Shown here: positions 63,001-64,000 of the stretch, piece by piece | How the letters are laid out: every line of letters starts with the position of its first letter | How positions within the stretch are numbered: position 1 is the first letter of the stretch | Source of the DNA: Iphione sp. A-MEVVRFRX5 | Lineage: Eukaryota | Assembly (NCBI GenBank): GCA_976226885.1 | Contig: OZ320317.1 | Span: 55,986,001 to 56,050,000 of the forward strand | Length of the DNA: 64,000 nucleotides | Direction: 5' to 3' | Program-made: the position numbers and the translations under genes | The notes under the pieces: model-generated | Database searches by the model: none | What the model was told of the DNA's origin: nothing | The model's input: the letters and a program-made list of their open reading frames with translations, nothing else

Positions 63001-64000
63001 GCTACAACCCTCTAAAGACCAACGCACTGAATATGGTTGGTGTCTGTAAACTATATCTAGTAGACTGTAGCTATTCCTTACTCAAAACAGCTATTGACCC
63101 GGTTTCCAGGCAACATTACGGCAAAATCGCACTTTTATATCCTCACGTTAAGTGCAAGATATAAATGTAGAGTCTAGTCTTTCACTTCCGCAGTGTCTCC
63201 TGTTTTGTGTAATGTAGTTAAAGCATTTTGTTAATATAGAGTATTGCACACGCTCCTAAAATTGCATGTGGAAATTGATGTTTTTTTTATTACATGAACG
63301 TGACGTATATCTGAATGGAGTTAATTATATTTATAGTTACCAAATTCTGGTAGCATGGACCAATTGCCGCAAAACAAAATACGGGTAAAGTTTTGCTTAA
63401 TTGTACCATAGCTGGCTCTGTAGGAATATTCGCATGGACACAGCGTCAGCGAAGACATTTTTTACAGGGCAACAGAGGGTCTCGCTACATGTAGTTTCAG
63501 CCCTGCTTTAGATGGTTACTGCTGTGAACGATGGCCAGCACCATTATCGCTTTTACATTTCAGAAATTGCACTGCCCTATGACCCCACCTCCCGAAGCGC
63601 ATATGATCTTGTTATTCAGTTGAAGATCTCTAGGTCCTCACCATTGCTACCACCTCGTGCCCCTACTGGTACTCTACCCCGTATCAATGCCAAACCCGCT
63701 CTCCCCCCCCCCCCCCCCCGCCCCATGCGCCCCCTTCTCATGGCCTCCCACTTCAGGAGTGCCTGCTAATCTTGGCTCGTTCCCATACCTTCTAGTGCTG
63801 TCTGTTACCCTTCTTGCCATAATTATTGCGGTGCAACCGTGAAATTCGTAGTGCCAAAACCTTACGTCTACCCACCTCCAGTTTACTTCCACGTGTTATT
63901 TTCCTCTCCAACTCGTAACGACGTTTGCCAGTTCCACTTTGCCAGACAACAAATGCATAGCGTGCCACCCATAAGATGACCATCTGCACAGAGCTTACGG

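Noticed and set aside
56616-64000. Search for the next ERG exon (VLSLGADVLPEYK...) and, in 1-20815, for exon 1 (MPVRRGHVAPQNTF)
   Set aside because: Neither was found by eye, and the acceptor-like site at about 62449 reads VKTPWHL. Both exons are assumed to lie outside the window.
1-64000. CRISPR arrays, rRNA, operons or other prokaryotic systems
   Set aside because: The DNA is spliceosomal-intron-containing animal sequence. The minisatellites have no unique spacers.

Overview
This is animal (bilaterian invertebrate-like) genomic DNA, mostly intronic and rich in decayed transposons. I cannot assign the species. The only supported protein-coding gene is the 5' part of an ERG-type (KCNH2/6/7 family, Kv11) voltage-gated K+ channel on the + strand. 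It has five GT-AG exons in compatible phases: 20816-21046, 42515-42652, 44486-44812, 53400-53566 and (56362/56583)-56615. They encode the PAS (eag) domain and the proximal N-terminal linker up to ...NVTEKVAQ. I did not find exon 1 or the transmembrane exons, so they probably lie outside the window. The introns hold two tRNA-derived SINE copies with a Nin-like central domain, an internally deleted Academ-like DNA transposon, MITEs, LINE and Gypsy remnants, and satellites. The most interesting signals concern N-terminal isoform diversity. (1) A candidate alternative first exon at 58546-58644 sits in the intron where mammalian hERG1b starts, suggesting a PAS-less isoform. (2) There is an in-frame, codon-biased upstream extension of the last linker exon with alternative acceptors. 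(3) There is a 45-nt symmetric cassette exon. (4) There is a possible 3-nt microexon or recursive splice site. All of these are inferences from sequence and need RNA evidence.
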